From: an uncultured Porphyromonadaceae bacterium
Lineage (GTDB): Bacteria > Bacteroidota > Bacteroidia > Bacteroidales > Muribaculaceae
Length of the DNA stretch: 64,000 nt
Reading direction: 5' to 3'
Assembly (NCBI GenBank): GCA_900541865.1
Contig: UQLO01000005.1
Location: 19,177 to 83,176 of the forward strand
Each line of letters begins with the position of its first letter. Positions within the stretch are counted from its first letter, which is position 1. The notes beneath the pieces are model-generated. The model was not told the origin of the DNA. It made no database searches and saw nothing but the letters and a program-made list of their open reading frames with translations. Below, one piece after another: positions 8,933 to 17,895 of the stretch. Position numbers and translations under genes: made by a program.

Positions 8933-10314
8933 TTAGTTCAGCGGTATGAGCGATATAATTTCGCGGTTGGGAGCGCTGAAGATGGTGTTGTGCTCGCCTG
9001 TGCGGAGGTCGACGCTGATGGCGACTTTGTAGCCGTCCGACCGGCGCGTACCCGTCAGCTGGGCGCTGGCGTGCTTATAGTCGACGGAATAGTCGGTGAT
9101 GTCGATTTCGTTGCCGATATTCAGGTCGGTCTGGCCGGTTGTAAGGGTCGTGGGGTCGAGCCATACCGCTTTGGAGGGTTTGCCGTCGTGGACGGTCAGG
9201 CCGTAGAAGCGGCCGTTGCAGATATTCTCGTTCCACAGCTCCATGTTGTCGGAATTGTCGAATTCGGTCGGTAGGTCTTCGAACTGACGAGTCTGCTTGT
9301 CGTAGACGAAGTAGGAGTTGGGGTTGCCCCAGTCTGAGTAGGTTTTGACAACTACTTTGTTGGCCGTCTCATACCACGACGAGGGGTTACTGTAATAGTC
9401 GCTCCAGTTCGGACTATTGGTGCCGATTACTTCTTCCGAGCTCTGGCCGTAGGAAGAACCTACGCTAATGAATTTCGACGGCTCGTCAGCCACAGCAGCG
9501 TACTGTATAATTCCATTTTCAAGGAGGATATATCCGCCGACAATACCATTGTTATTGAGATTTTCATAGCCGCCGTTGGGATATACCAGGCTCACAGTTT
9601 GTCTCATGCCTTTTTGATCGGTCGGCAGGTATGGACCGGAAATGGCTATCACGCCACGGTCCATAGCGAACAACCTGGGATAAATCGGGTATTCTATGGG
9701 TGCGCCATCGGTTGTCAGCTTCTCAAAGGTTCCTTCGAAGGAGGAAAGGGTTATGCGTCCGATGCAGACAGTTGTTAAGCTCGGGTTGAAGACTCCTAAA
9801 AGTCGGGAGGCACCGTCTTCGGTAAAGGCGCCCCGTTCTGAGTACGGATCGAACCTTTCCTCACCTATAACGGCACTGTAGATGAGACCATCGCTGCGAC
9901 GCACAAGAAGTACTTGCAGCTCAAAGGGTACATCCTCGACTTTGTCGCCGTCTTCATCGTAGTAGGAGCACCCTTCGAAGAACAGATAGTTCTCTGTGAG
10001 GTTTTTGACCCGGTAGGGCACTACCGACAGATTGGAAAGCGTTTCTCGGCCGTTCTCTTCGTTGACAAATACGCCGATGGCCGAGATATTGCCGTTGGCG
10101 TCGAGTTTGAATGTGCCCGCATGGGTCAGTTCGCCGTCTACTGCGCGCGATTCCACTGCGCCGAGGGTGGTGAGCATCTCGCAGTTCGACAGGTCGAATC
10201 GCGTTATAGTACTCTTACCCCCCCCAAAAATGGATCGTCTGATTTACAGGAACTTATGGTGCCGACAAACAGAGCGGTTGCCAGAGCCATGCCTGCAATT
10301 TTGAGCTTGGTCAT
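8933..10314 (-). pseudogene. Lipoprotein gene split by a G8 homopolymer. Signal peptide plus lipobox (10314-10218) is out of frame with the 414-aa body (10177-8933); a phase-variable OFF state or a frameshift.
   Basis: ATG at 10314 encodes MTKLKIAGMALATALFVGTISSCKSDDPFLGG, then hits TAA just after the G8 tract (plus-strand C8 at 10218-10225). The body frame is open from 10243 (…IFGGGKSTITRFDLSNCEMLTTLGAV…). The frame offset is 2, so G9 or G6 restores a single lipoprotein ORF. Confidence 0.6.
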
Positions 10315-10471
10315 ATTAAGGTTGTTGTTTGGTGATAATGTTTTTTCTTCGATATCTTAAGCAGTAATACAAAATTACTCATTTTCAACCAATCTCCCAA
10401 AAAATAAATCCTAAAAAGTGAAAAAAAGTCGACAATCGGACAATCGGACAATTTTCGACGCCCCATACGTG

Positions 10472-10795
10472 TCTTTCGCAGGCGATATGGAGCGACGGCT
10501 TCAGCCGTCACCGCCCGGCTCTTTCGCAGGCGATATGGAGCGACGGCTTCAGCCGTCACCGCCCGGCTCTTTCGCAGGCGATATGGAGTGACGGCTTCAG
10601 CCGTCGCCGCCCCGCCTCGCCGCCCTCCGGATTCCCGCAAAAAGTTACCCTCGCTAGCCCGGCGCGGATTTCAAACCCCATATCGCCTGCGCAAACCATT
10701 GACGCACAACTCCGTAGGAGTTGAATAAAGTAGCCGGGGGTGACAACCCCTGGATCAATTAACCTCTTGATAATCAGCGACCCTGTAGGGGTCGA
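10472..10795 (+). repeat. Direct repeat copy B (~325 bp) with three tandem 48-bp hairpin units
   Basis: Three near-identical 48-bp units (10472-10615), then the same conserved segment as copy A. A spurious ORF (10311-10640) with the TAEAVAPYRLRKSRAV periodicity arises from these repeats. Confidence 0.8.
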
Positions 10796-11056
10796 ACACG
10801 GTCCGCCCTTTCGCGGAGGATTCCCTCCCGGGAATGGGCGAGGGCTGAAGCCCTCGGTCCATACGTTTGGAGACGCTTTCGCGGCCGGCTGCCGTCTTTT
10901 CGCCGCAGCGCCATGCGCCGGGCGCCCAACTTTCAGCGCTCACAGAGCGTTATGCGTAAGGTCTGAGGTGCAAAATACCTTGTTTGGGGTATTTCAGACG
11001 CCGTTTCAGGCCCTTAACTTTGCACTATCTTACGAAACTCCAAAAACAAGTAAATT

Positions 11057-11563
11057 ATGAAAGATACAGTAATCTTCTACGGTTCCACCACCGGCAATTG
11101 CGAGAATATCGCCAACAAGATTGCCGCCGAACTCGGCGTCGACGCCGCCAACGTGCTCGACGCCTCCGAACTCACCGCCGACAAGCTCGCCGAAAACGCC
11201 AATATCCTCCTTGGCTCCTCAACATGGGGCAGCGGCGACCTCCAGGACAACTGGTACGACGCTGTCGAGGTCGTCAAGGGTTCTGACCTTAAGGGCAAAA
11301 CCGTCGCCATCTTCGGCGTGGGCGACTCCAGCAGCTTCAGCACTACCTACTGCGACGCTATGCGCGCCCTCTACGACGCCGCAAAGGCCGCCGGCGCTAC
11401 CATTGTCGGCGCAGTCCCCACCGACGGCTATACCTTCGACGAATCGACCTCGGTGGTCGACGGCAAATTCGTCGGTCTGGCACTCGACGAAGACAACGAG
11501 TCCGACAAAACCGACGAGCGCATCGCTGCCTGGGTGGCTGAAATCAAACCCGAACTTCAGTAA
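11057..11563 (+). CDS. fldA: Flavodoxin
   Basis: MKDTVIFYGSTTGNCENIANKIAAELG (T/SxTGxT FMN-phosphate loop), ~168 aa long-chain flavodoxin. Confidence 0.85.
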   Translation: MKDTVIFYGSTTGNCENIANKIAAELGVDAANVLDASELTADKLAENANILLGSSTWGSGDLQDNWYDAVEVVKGSDLKGKTVAIFGVGDSSSFSTTYCDAMRALYDAAKAAGATIVGAVPTDGYTFDESTSVVDGKFVGLALDEDNESDKTDERIAAWVAEIKPELQ

Positions 11564-11634
11564 CTACGCTAACCCATACAAAGAACAGGCAGCCCCGGCA
11601 GTGATGTCGGGGCTGTCTGTGCTTGTGGGGATGG

Positions 11635-12390
11635 CTACTTGCGCGGACGCCAGTCGAAGCGGGCGCCCACCACGCGGATGCTGTCGCGGACCAGCTCGCA
11701 GTTGGAGCGCTCCGGCTGCTCGGCGTCCGGCTCAACGCGAACCTGCACGGTCTCGCCGAAGCGACATTCGTGGTGGAAGAGCAGGTCGACGCGCGCTATT
11801 TCCCGGCGGTCGTAATGCTCCAGGCTGTACTGGTCCATCAGCAACTCGAGGTAGCGCACTGTGTTGACGTGGCGGTTGAAGTCCAGGTCGCAGTAGCGGA
11901 AGGTGTAGGAGGTGTCGACTGCCGGTTTGGCCAGCGCCGGTATCCGCGGCGTCTTATCCATAGGGCACTCTATCTCGCCGATGGGGCACGACTCAACGCC
12001 CAGTGCCGAAAGGTCGGCCCCGCCGCGCTGACCGAAGTCGATGGCCGCCCAGACGCTGCGGGCATAGCCCAGCACGCGCCCTTCGCCGTCGGCAATCATG
12101 AAATTGCGTTCGCTGAAGCGCCGGTTGATGCTCTCTATCCATGTGGTCACACTGTAGGTGCTGTTGATGCCCGGATATTCTGCCATTTCTATGCTCAGCC
12201 GGCTCAGCACCCACCCGATGTTGTGCTTGATCAGGGCGGAGTAGCCGATGCCGAGAGCATTGGCGTGGTCGGTGGCGGCCTCGATGAGCCGTTCCGCGAT
12301 CAGAGGCACCGGCATGCGGCCCTGCGCGTCGCATTCGCCAGCGGTCAGAAAGTGGGTGTCGGTGTAGGAAGGCGCTTTGTCGGTCATCAC
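11635..12390 (-). CDS. Acyl-ACP thioesterase family protein
   Basis: 251 aa. A tandem hot-dog organisation with the ...YTFRYCDLDFNRHVNTVRYLELL... motif is typical of the Bacteroidota acyl-ACP thioesterase family (PF01643-like). Confidence 0.6.
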   Translation of the reverse strand: MMTDKAPSYTDTHFLTAGECDAQGRMPVPLIAERLIEAATDHANALGIGYSALIKHNIGWVLSRLSIEMAEYPGINSTYSVTTWIESINRRFSERNFMIADGEGRVLGYARSVWAAIDFGQRGGADLSALGVESCPIGEIECPMDKTPRIPALAKPAVDTSYTFRYCDLDFNRHVNTVRYLELLMDQYSLEHYDRREIARVDLLFHHECRFGETVQVRVEPDAEQPERSNCELVRDSIRVVGARFDWRPRK

Positions 12391-13139
12391 GGACGTTCTA
12401 CTGCGGTGAGGGTCTGCACGCTCGCTATATTACCCTTCTTGTCCTTCATTTCCTGCTTCACCAGACCCACTTCGGGAGCATACCACTCGGTGACGTAGAA
12501 TTTCACCGTTTCCATCGGGTTGGTTTGCTTCATAATGTAGGTGATTTTGAGGCAGTCGGCGAATGTTCCGGCGGGCACTTCGATGCTTTCGCGGCCGAGT
12601 ACCTTGCCATTGGAGATGTGGAAGGAGAAGTTCATCGTGGCGATGCTCATGCGCAGGCTGGCGTTGGGTATCTTGGCGTCGGCGGCGGCTGTGGGGTCAA
12701 GTGTGAGCAGCAGTTTGCCGGTGGGCCGGATGTTGGCCATTACCTGGTCGAGGTCCGACTGGCTGAGTACCTGGCCGGAGGCCTCGACTTCCTCGCGCAC
12801 TTGGGTGACTACCAGATCGCGCAGTTCGTCGGGGCCCAGAAGAAGGTATTCGGTGGTGGCGTCGGGATTGCCGGCCGTGTAGTATACCTTTATTTTCTGG
12901 TCCGGAATGGTTTTGAGCGAGCCGGGAATGACGGTCTTCGACGTCATGATTTCGACGGTGCGGTCGCCTTCGGTGTAGATGCTGTCGACAGTCTGGGTGA
13001 TGACCTGCTCGACGTGTTCGGGCAGTTCTTCGATGTTGCTGTATTTGAGTGTGGTGCCGGCTTGCGTGGGGCAGTACTGCGCCCATGCTGCCATGCTGAG
13101 CAGGCATGCGGCTGCGCTGAGGGTCAGTTTAAGTTTCAT
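12387..13139 (-). CDS. Secreted hypothetical protein (signal peptide MKLKLTLSAAACLLSMAAWAQ)
   Basis: Clean ORF. Start/stop overlap with both neighbours (ATGA). No confident family assignment. Confidence 0.45.
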   Translation of the reverse strand: MKLKLTLSAAACLLSMAAWAQYCPTQAGTTLKYSNIEELPEHVEQVITQTVDSIYTEGDRTVEIMTSKTVIPGSLKTIPDQKIKVYYTAGNPDATTEYLLLGPDELRDLVVTQVREEVEASGQVLSQSDLDQVMANIRPTGKLLLTLDPTAAADAKIPNASLRMSIATMNFSFHISNGKVLGRESIEVPAGTFADCLKITYIMKQTNPMETVKFYVTEWYAPEVGLVKQEMKDKKGNIASVQTLTAVERP

Positions 13140-13660
13140 TTGTCCGTTTTGAGATTGGTGAGGGTGGTGTCGATGTACTCCCGTATCATTTTAGCCATTC
13201 TGGGGCGTGCCAGGTCGGTGATAGCCTTCTCTAAGTTTGTGGTTGCGCTTTCGATGAAGTCGTTCCGGGCAGCTATGGTGACGTATTCGGCCGCGAAGCC
13301 GAGCATGCCGTTGCGAAGCGGATCGGGCATTTCGTAGTAGTACGCCTGGCCCAAAATGAGCCGGAAGGCTAAGTAGAGCAGCTCAGCATGCTTCTCCGGC
13401 CCCACGCCGAAGGCTGCAAATTCCTTGACGGCTTTGCGGAGCACGGAGATGCGGGCTTTGCATACCCCCCACTTGGTGCGGTTCACTTCCTTAATCATAC
13501 CTTCGAGTACTTTGTCCATCAGCTGGTTGGCGTCCGGATTAAGGAAGAACTCAAAGTACTCTTTGGCTTTGGGGGAGGAGTCGTAGGCGGCAAGGATTAC
13601 CTCCACGAGCTGCTCGCGGCTGAAATCCTCAAGTTCTTTGCGAAGTTTTGCCTTGGACAT
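13136..13660 (-). CDS. Hypothetical cytoplasmic alpha-helical protein (174 aa)
   Basis: Clean ORF overlapping the downstream gene by 4 nt. No motif recognised. Confidence 0.4.
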   Translation of the reverse strand: MSKAKLRKELEDFSREQLVEVILAAYDSSPKAKEYFEFFLNPDANQLMDKVLEGMIKEVNRTKWGVCKARISVLRKAVKEFAAFGVGPEKHAELLYLAFRLILGQAYYYEMPDPLRNGMLGFAAEYVTIAARNDFIESATTNLEKAITDLARPRMAKMIREYIDTTLTNLKTDK

Positions 13661-13720
13661 TATTTCTGTAAATACGCTTGAAGTGGGTGATACTGAGTGT
13701 GTTGGGCTGCTGAGGTTGAA

Positions 13721-15781
13721 TTATTGCTTCAGCCAGCGGTCGAACCAGCGGAAGAAGAGGCGCTGCCACAGAACGGCGTTCTGGGGCTTGAGTATCCAGT
13801 GGTTCTCATCGGGGTAAATAACCATTTCGGCCGGTATGCCGCGAAGTTTGGCGGCGTTGAAGGCGGCTTCGCCCTGGGAGGCCAGGATGCGGTAGTCGAG
13901 CTCGCCGTGGCTGATCATGATAGGTGTGGTCCACTTGTCGACCATTCGGTGGGGCGAGTTGGCGAAGGTGCGCTGGGCCGCGGCGTTCGATGCGTCCCAG
14001 AACGGGCCGCCAAGGTCCCAGTTGGCAAACCACATTTCTTCGGTCTCAAGGTACTGGGCCTCGAGGTTGAAAATGCCGGCGTGGGCGAGCAGGGCGGCGA
14101 AGCGGCCGTCGTGGATGCCCGCAAGATAGTAGATGGAGAAGCCGCCGTAGCTGGCGCCGGTGGCGCCGATGCGCTCGCTGTCGATATAGGGCTCGGACTT
14201 CATGTTGTCGACGGCGCTGAGGTAGTCCTGCATGTTCTGGCCGGGATAGTCCTTCGATATCTGGGCGTTCCATTCGCTGCCGAAGCCGGGCAGGCCGCGC
14301 CGGTTGGGGGCGATGACGACGTAGCCGTTGGCTGCCATCAGCGCAAGATTCCAGCGGTAGCTCCAGAACTGGCTCACGGGGCTCTGCGGGCCGCCCTGGC
14401 AGTAGAGGATGGCCGGATACTTCTTGGCGGGGTCGAACTGCGGCGGGTAGACCACCCAGGTCAGCATTTCTTTGCCGTCGGTGGTGGGCACCATGCGTTT
14501 TTCGACGCTCGGCATATCCAGGCCGGCCATGATGTCGCCGTTGATATCGGTCAGGGGCCACAGGGCGGTGCGGCGCCCGCGAGGATTGAGGTCGATGGTC
14601 ATAACTTCGTTGGGGCGAAGCATGGAGTGCATCATCGTCACGAGTTTGTCGCCGGTGGCCGAAAGGGTGGTGAAGTCAGCCCGTACGTCGGTGAGCTGGG
14701 TGATTTCCTTGCTGCTGCGGTCAATGGCGAAAACGGGTATCACGCCGTCTTTCGGAGCTATGAAGTAGAGCTTGCGGCTGTCGGGCGCCCAGGTAAATTC
14801 GTCGATGTGGTAGTCCCAGTTGTCGGTGAGCTCGGTTTTGGTGCCGCTCTGCCAGTTCATGATGAAGAGGCGGTTGCGGTCGCTTTCGTAGCCGTCGTGC
14901 TCCATGCTCAGCCAAGCCAGCCAGTTGCCGTCGGCGGAGAAGGCGGGAGCGGTGTCATAGCCCATCATGCCTTCGGTGAGGTTGCGGGTGGTCTTGGTTC
15001 GTAGGTCGTAGGCGTAGAGGTCGGAGTTGGTGCTCAGAGCATACTCCATGCCGGTTTTCTTGCGCGAAACGTACACAAGGGTGTTGCCGTCGGGATGCCA
15101 CGCAAAGGATTCAACCCCGCCGAAGGGCTTCATGGGAGCTTCGTAGGGTTCGTCGGCCATGATATCCTCAAGACCTGTCACCGTGGTGCCGTCGAAGGTG
15201 CCGAGGAAGGGGTGAGGTATTTCGGTGACCCATTCGTCCCAGTGCTTGTACATCAGGTCGTCGATGACGCGACCCGTGGCTTTGGGAAGGTCGGGGTAGA
15301 GGTCGCCGGCCGTGCGGCTGTACTTCACATTGCCTATCACCACAATATGGCTCTGGTCGGGCGAGAGAAGGAAGCCGCTTATGCCACCCGGATGCGTCGA
15401 AGCCTGCACGCGGTTGGTGCCGTCGGCGTTCATGGTCCACATCTGCATGGAACCTTCTTCGTCGGGGTACATAAAGGCTATGCGCCGGCCGCCGTCGATC
15501 CACACGGCGCCGCTTTCGCTCTTGGGAGTGTCGGTGATGCGTCGCGGCGCTTCCTCGCTGTCGATTTCTATGGTGTAGAGGTCGTTGTTGGAGTTGTTCT
15601 GCTCGAGGTTTTCGTAGGATACTCCGAAGAGCACCGTTTTGCCGTCCGGAGCCACCGCCGGCGAGCTCACTCGACCCAATGCCTCGATCACATCGATGGT
15701 GAACGGCTGAGCGCCCGTTTGGGCAAAGCCCGGTGCGGCCATCATGGCGGCTGCGCACATAAGGGTTGTTGTTTTATTCAT
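13721..15781 (-). CDS. S9-family serine peptidase (prolyl-oligopeptidase/acylaminoacyl-peptidase type) with an N-terminal beta-propeller
   Basis: Signal peptide. TolB-like repeats. The catalytic serine motif is GATGASYGGF. C-terminal Asp/His (…DENHW…). Confidence 0.8.
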   Translation of the reverse strand: MNKTTTLMCAAAMMAAPGFAQTGAQPFTIDVIEALGRVSSPAVAPDGKTVLFGVSYENLEQNNSNNDLYTIEIDSEEAPRRITDTPKSESGAVWIDGGRRIAFMYPDEEGSMQMWTMNADGTNRVQASTHPGGISGFLLSPDQSHIVVIGNVKYSRTAGDLYPDLPKATGRVIDDLMYKHWDEWVTEIPHPFLGTFDGTTVTGLEDIMADEPYEAPMKPFGGVESFAWHPDGNTLVYVSRKKTGMEYALSTNSDLYAYDLRTKTTRNLTEGMMGYDTAPAFSADGNWLAWLSMEHDGYESDRNRLFIMNWQSGTKTELTDNWDYHIDEFTWAPDSRKLYFIAPKDGVIPVFAIDRSSKEITQLTDVRADFTTLSATGDKLVTMMHSMLRPNEVMTIDLNPRGRRTALWPLTDINGDIMAGLDMPSVEKRMVPTTDGKEMLTWVVYPPQFDPAKKYPAILYCQGGPQSPVSQFWSYRWNLALMAANGYVVIAPNRRGLPGFGSEWNAQISKDYPGQNMQDYLSAVDNMKSEPYIDSERIGATGASYGGFSIYYLAGIHDGRFAALLAHAGIFNLEAQYLETEEMWFANWDLGGPFWDASNAAAQRTFANSPHRMVDKWTTPIMISHGELDYRILASQGEAAFNAAKLRGIPAEMVIYPDENHWILKPQNAVLWQRLFFRWFDRWLKQ

Positions 15782-15811
15782 ATTTGGTGTTGAATGTTGG
15801 TTTTCTGTTGG

Positions 15812-16486
15812 TTATTGTCCGCCGTAAGTGAAGGTGTCGACGTGTACCCGCTGCCCGCGGTGTGTAAGCCGGGCGCGGTAGGTGCGCACATCGGCGCCGT
15901 TTTTGATGCGGATATTGACGAAGCCGCCGTTGGGAGCCTGACTGTTCATGCTGAACATCACCACGTCGACGCTGTAGCGGCCCGGCTGAGGATTCGACCA
16001 GAAGACGTTCTCCACGGCCGTCTGCCGGCGGGTGCCTCCCTCGCGGTTGTCCACATCGAGCTGGGCCCCCGTATAGGGATTGCTCATATTGTTGTAGGCA
16101 ATCTCATTGCCGGAAGGCTCGGTGACGTGAACGTCCACATCGCCCGGAAAGCCCCATTCGATGGTAACGCGAATCTCGCCGTCCTGCCCGACATCGGTGC
16201 GCACCGGAGGCGCCGGCTCTGGTTCGGGCTCGGGCTCCGGCTCAGGCTCCGGTTCGGGTTCGGGTTCAGGTTCGGGCTCGGGTTGCGGTTCTGGCTCGGG
16301 CTCGGGTTCGGGCTGCGGGGCAGGTTCCGGAGCGGGGTCGTCGTAGATTTCGATTGGTGCAGGTTCCGGCAGAGGGGCGGCCGCAATTTCCGGCTCGGTG
16401 CGACACGAGTGACACTTGCTCAGAAGAAGCAGCGTCACAAGCAGTATGAATGCGCCTGCTATACAGGCTTTCAGTTGATTGTTCAT
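15812..16486 (-). CDS. Membrane-anchored paralog 1: TM helix, a (Pro-Glu)n linker and a DUF2135(YfaP)-like C-terminal beta-domain
   Basis: [25 protein letters not shown], then [18 protein letters not shown]..., then [27 protein letters not shown]...LDVDNREGG...[20 protein letters not shown]. The N-terminus is near-identical to paralogs 2 and 3. Confidence 0.6.
   Translation of the reverse strand: MNNQLKACIAGAFILLVTLLLLSKCHSCRTEPEIAAAPLPEPAPIEIYDDPAPEPAPQPEPEPEPEPQPEPEPEPEPEPEPEPEPEPEPEPAPPVRTDVGQDGEIRVTIEWGFPGDVDVHVTEPSGNEIAYNNMSNPYTGAQLDVDNREGGTRRQTAVENVFWSNPQPGRYSVDVVMFSMNSQAPNGGFVNIRIKNGADVRTYRARLTHRGQRVHVDTFTYGGQ
16207..16336. repeat. Hexanucleotide (GGYTCN)n tandem repeat encoding the (PE)n linker of paralog 1
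   Basis: About 21 consecutive near-identical 6-nt units. On the antisense strand they read as GSGSGS. Confidence 0.8.
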
Positions 16487-16495
16487 AGCCGGAAT

Positions 16496-17089
16496 TTATT
16501 GGTTGGCCCGCGGTTGGTAGTCTATGTCGACAACGCTAACCTCCTGGCCGACACTGCGAAGCGTAACGGGGTATTCGGTGCGTTCGCCGTTGTTGAACAC
16601 CGTCACCATCACCGTACCGCCGTTCTCGCCGCCGGACCGTTCGCTGAAGAACTTCACCATCACGTGATAGCGGCCGGCCGGCGGACGCTGCCAGTAGACG
16701 TTTTCGGCCGCCGGATGCCCCGGCGAGCCCCCCTGAAGGTTGTCGACGTCGAGGTTGCCGCCGGTCTGGTAGTCGTTTTTGTTCATAAAATTGATAGTAA
16801 CGCCGTTGGGCTCGGTGACGTGGATGTCGATGTCGCCCGGAAACTCCCACGTCAGCACTATCTTAAGGTCGCCGGTACCCCCGATGTTTGCGGCGTCGGT
16901 GGGGTCTTCCGCGGGAGGCTCCTCCACAGGAGGTTCCTCAATTACCGGAGGGTCTGCCACCGGCTGCTGCGCGATGGGGGGCGGTTCAGGAGTTCGCTCA
17001 TCGCGGCAGCGGGTGCACTTGCTCAGCAGCAGCAATGTGACAAGCAGTATGAAAGCACCGGCTATACAGGCTTTAAGTTGGTTGTTCAT
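16496..17089 (-). CDS. Membrane-anchored paralog 2 (TM helix, Pro-rich linker, DUF2135-like domain)
   Basis: Same [26 protein letters not shown]-terminus. C-terminal GDLKIVLTWEFPGDIDIHVTEPNGVTI...LDVDNLQGG...ENVYWQRPPAGRYHVMVKFF. Confidence 0.6.
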   Translation of the reverse strand: MNNQLKACIAGAFILLVTLLLLSKCTRCRDERTPEPPPIAQQPVADPPVIEEPPVEEPPAEDPTDAANIGGTGDLKIVLTWEFPGDIDIHVTEPNGVTINFMNKNDYQTGGNLDVDNLQGGSPGHPAAENVYWQRPPAGRYHVMVKFFSERSGGENGGTVMVTVFNNGERTEYPVTLRSVGQEVSVVDIDYQPRANQ

Positions 17090-17108
17090 ATGGGTTTGGA
17101 GAGTTGGT

Positions 17109-17588
17109 TTATTGTGCAGTATAACGGAAGGTATGGACTGTCTCGTCCTGTCCGGTCGTGGTAAGACGCAGGTTGAACTCCTGCTGCCGGCCGTTGACCT
17201 TCACCACAACGCGCACAGGGCCACCCTGAGGAGCCTCGTCGTCGACGCGGTAGTAGACCACCCGAACAACATAGGTGCCCTCCATAGGGCGCCGCCAGTA
17301 TGCGTTCTCGGCCGACCCTTCGCCGCCCTGACGGTCGTCGACGTCGAGGACGCCGCCGCCGTTGGCCGAGTCGTCCATGTTCATAAACGAAAGCTCGGTG
17401 CCGTTGGGCTGGTCGACGTGAAGGTCTACGTCGCCCGGAAAGTCCCAGAAGAGCGTAACTTTGATGTCGCCGTCGCCGCCCACTTCCTCCGGAGCCGGCC
17501 CGCGACGACGCCCGCACGTGCTCAGCAGCAGCAGCGTAATCAGCAGGATGAAAGCCCCGGCAAGATATGCTTTGAGTTGGTTGTGCAT
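17109..17588 (-). CDS. Membrane-anchored paralog 3 (TM helix, short linker, DUF2135-like domain)
   Basis: MHNQLKAYLAGAFILLITLLLLSTC...GDIKVTLFWDFPGDVDLHVDQPNGTEL...LDVDDRQGG...ENAYWRRPMEGTYVVRVVYY. Confidence 0.6.
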   Translation of the reverse strand: MHNQLKAYLAGAFILLITLLLLSTCGRRRGPAPEEVGGDGDIKVTLFWDFPGDVDLHVDQPNGTELSFMNMDDSANGGGVLDVDDRQGGEGSAENAYWRRPMEGTYVVRVVYYRVDDEAPQGGPVRVVVKVNGRQQEFNLRLTTTGQDETVHTFRYTAQ

Positions 17589-17595
17589 TTGGGTA

Positions 17596-17889
17596 TCAGA
17601 TGAAGAAACACAGGAAGGCCGCCATCAGCAGAATCTGCAGCAGTAGCAGCAGGGGCACTGCGATGTAGAACAGCGGCTTCGACGTCTTGTGGTTGAAAAA
17701 TACCATTGCGCACAGACCGCCGAAGGAGCCCATGGCGAAGGAGCACATCACCAGCACCCACTCCGGGATGCGGAATTTGCGGTAGGTGGCGCAGTGCTTG
17801 TCGTAGGCAAAGAGGATGAAGGTCAGTATGCTCATCACATACACCACCGGCATCACTATATCGTAGAAAAGCGGATTGGGTAGTATCAT
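17596..17889 (-). CDS. DUF1294-family small membrane protein
   Basis: 97 aa with two TM helices and ...YDKHCATYRKFRIPEWVL...GSFGGLCAMVFFNHKTSKPLFY..., which matches the DUF1294 signature (WRIPE...GG..GA....HKT.K). Confidence 0.55.
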   Translation of the reverse strand: MILPNPLFYDIVMPVVYVMSILTFILFAYDKHCATYRKFRIPEWVLVMCSFAMGSFGGLCAMVFFNHKTSKPLFYIAVPLLLLLQILLMAAFLCFFI

Positions 17890-17895
17890 GTTTGG

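Noticed and set aside
8837-9274. 145-aa plus-strand ORF
   Set aside because: Antisense to the 414-aa lipoprotein body.
8397-10615. Possible CRISPR array (regular hairpin-containing repeats)
   Set aside because: The units abut directly with no unique spacers, and only 2-3 copies occur per locus. No cas genes are nearby.
11564-11634. Hairpin CAGCCCCG...CGGGGCTG between flavodoxin and the thioesterase as a terminator
   Set aside because: It has a 10-nt loop and no clear U-run. It is possibly a weak terminator, and I was not confident enough to call it.
11121-11867. 248-aa Pro/Ser/Thr-rich plus-strand ORF
   Set aside because: It is the alternative frame of the flavodoxin gene and its downstream region. 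The flavodoxin frame has clear motifs.
13697-17164. Long plus-strand ORFs 13697-15004 and 15794-17164, and the GSGSGS ORF 16161-16346
   Set aside because: Antisense to the S9 peptidase and the paralog genes. They are Gly/Ala/Val-rich, and the GSGS run is the reverse reading of the (PE)n hexanucleotide repeat.
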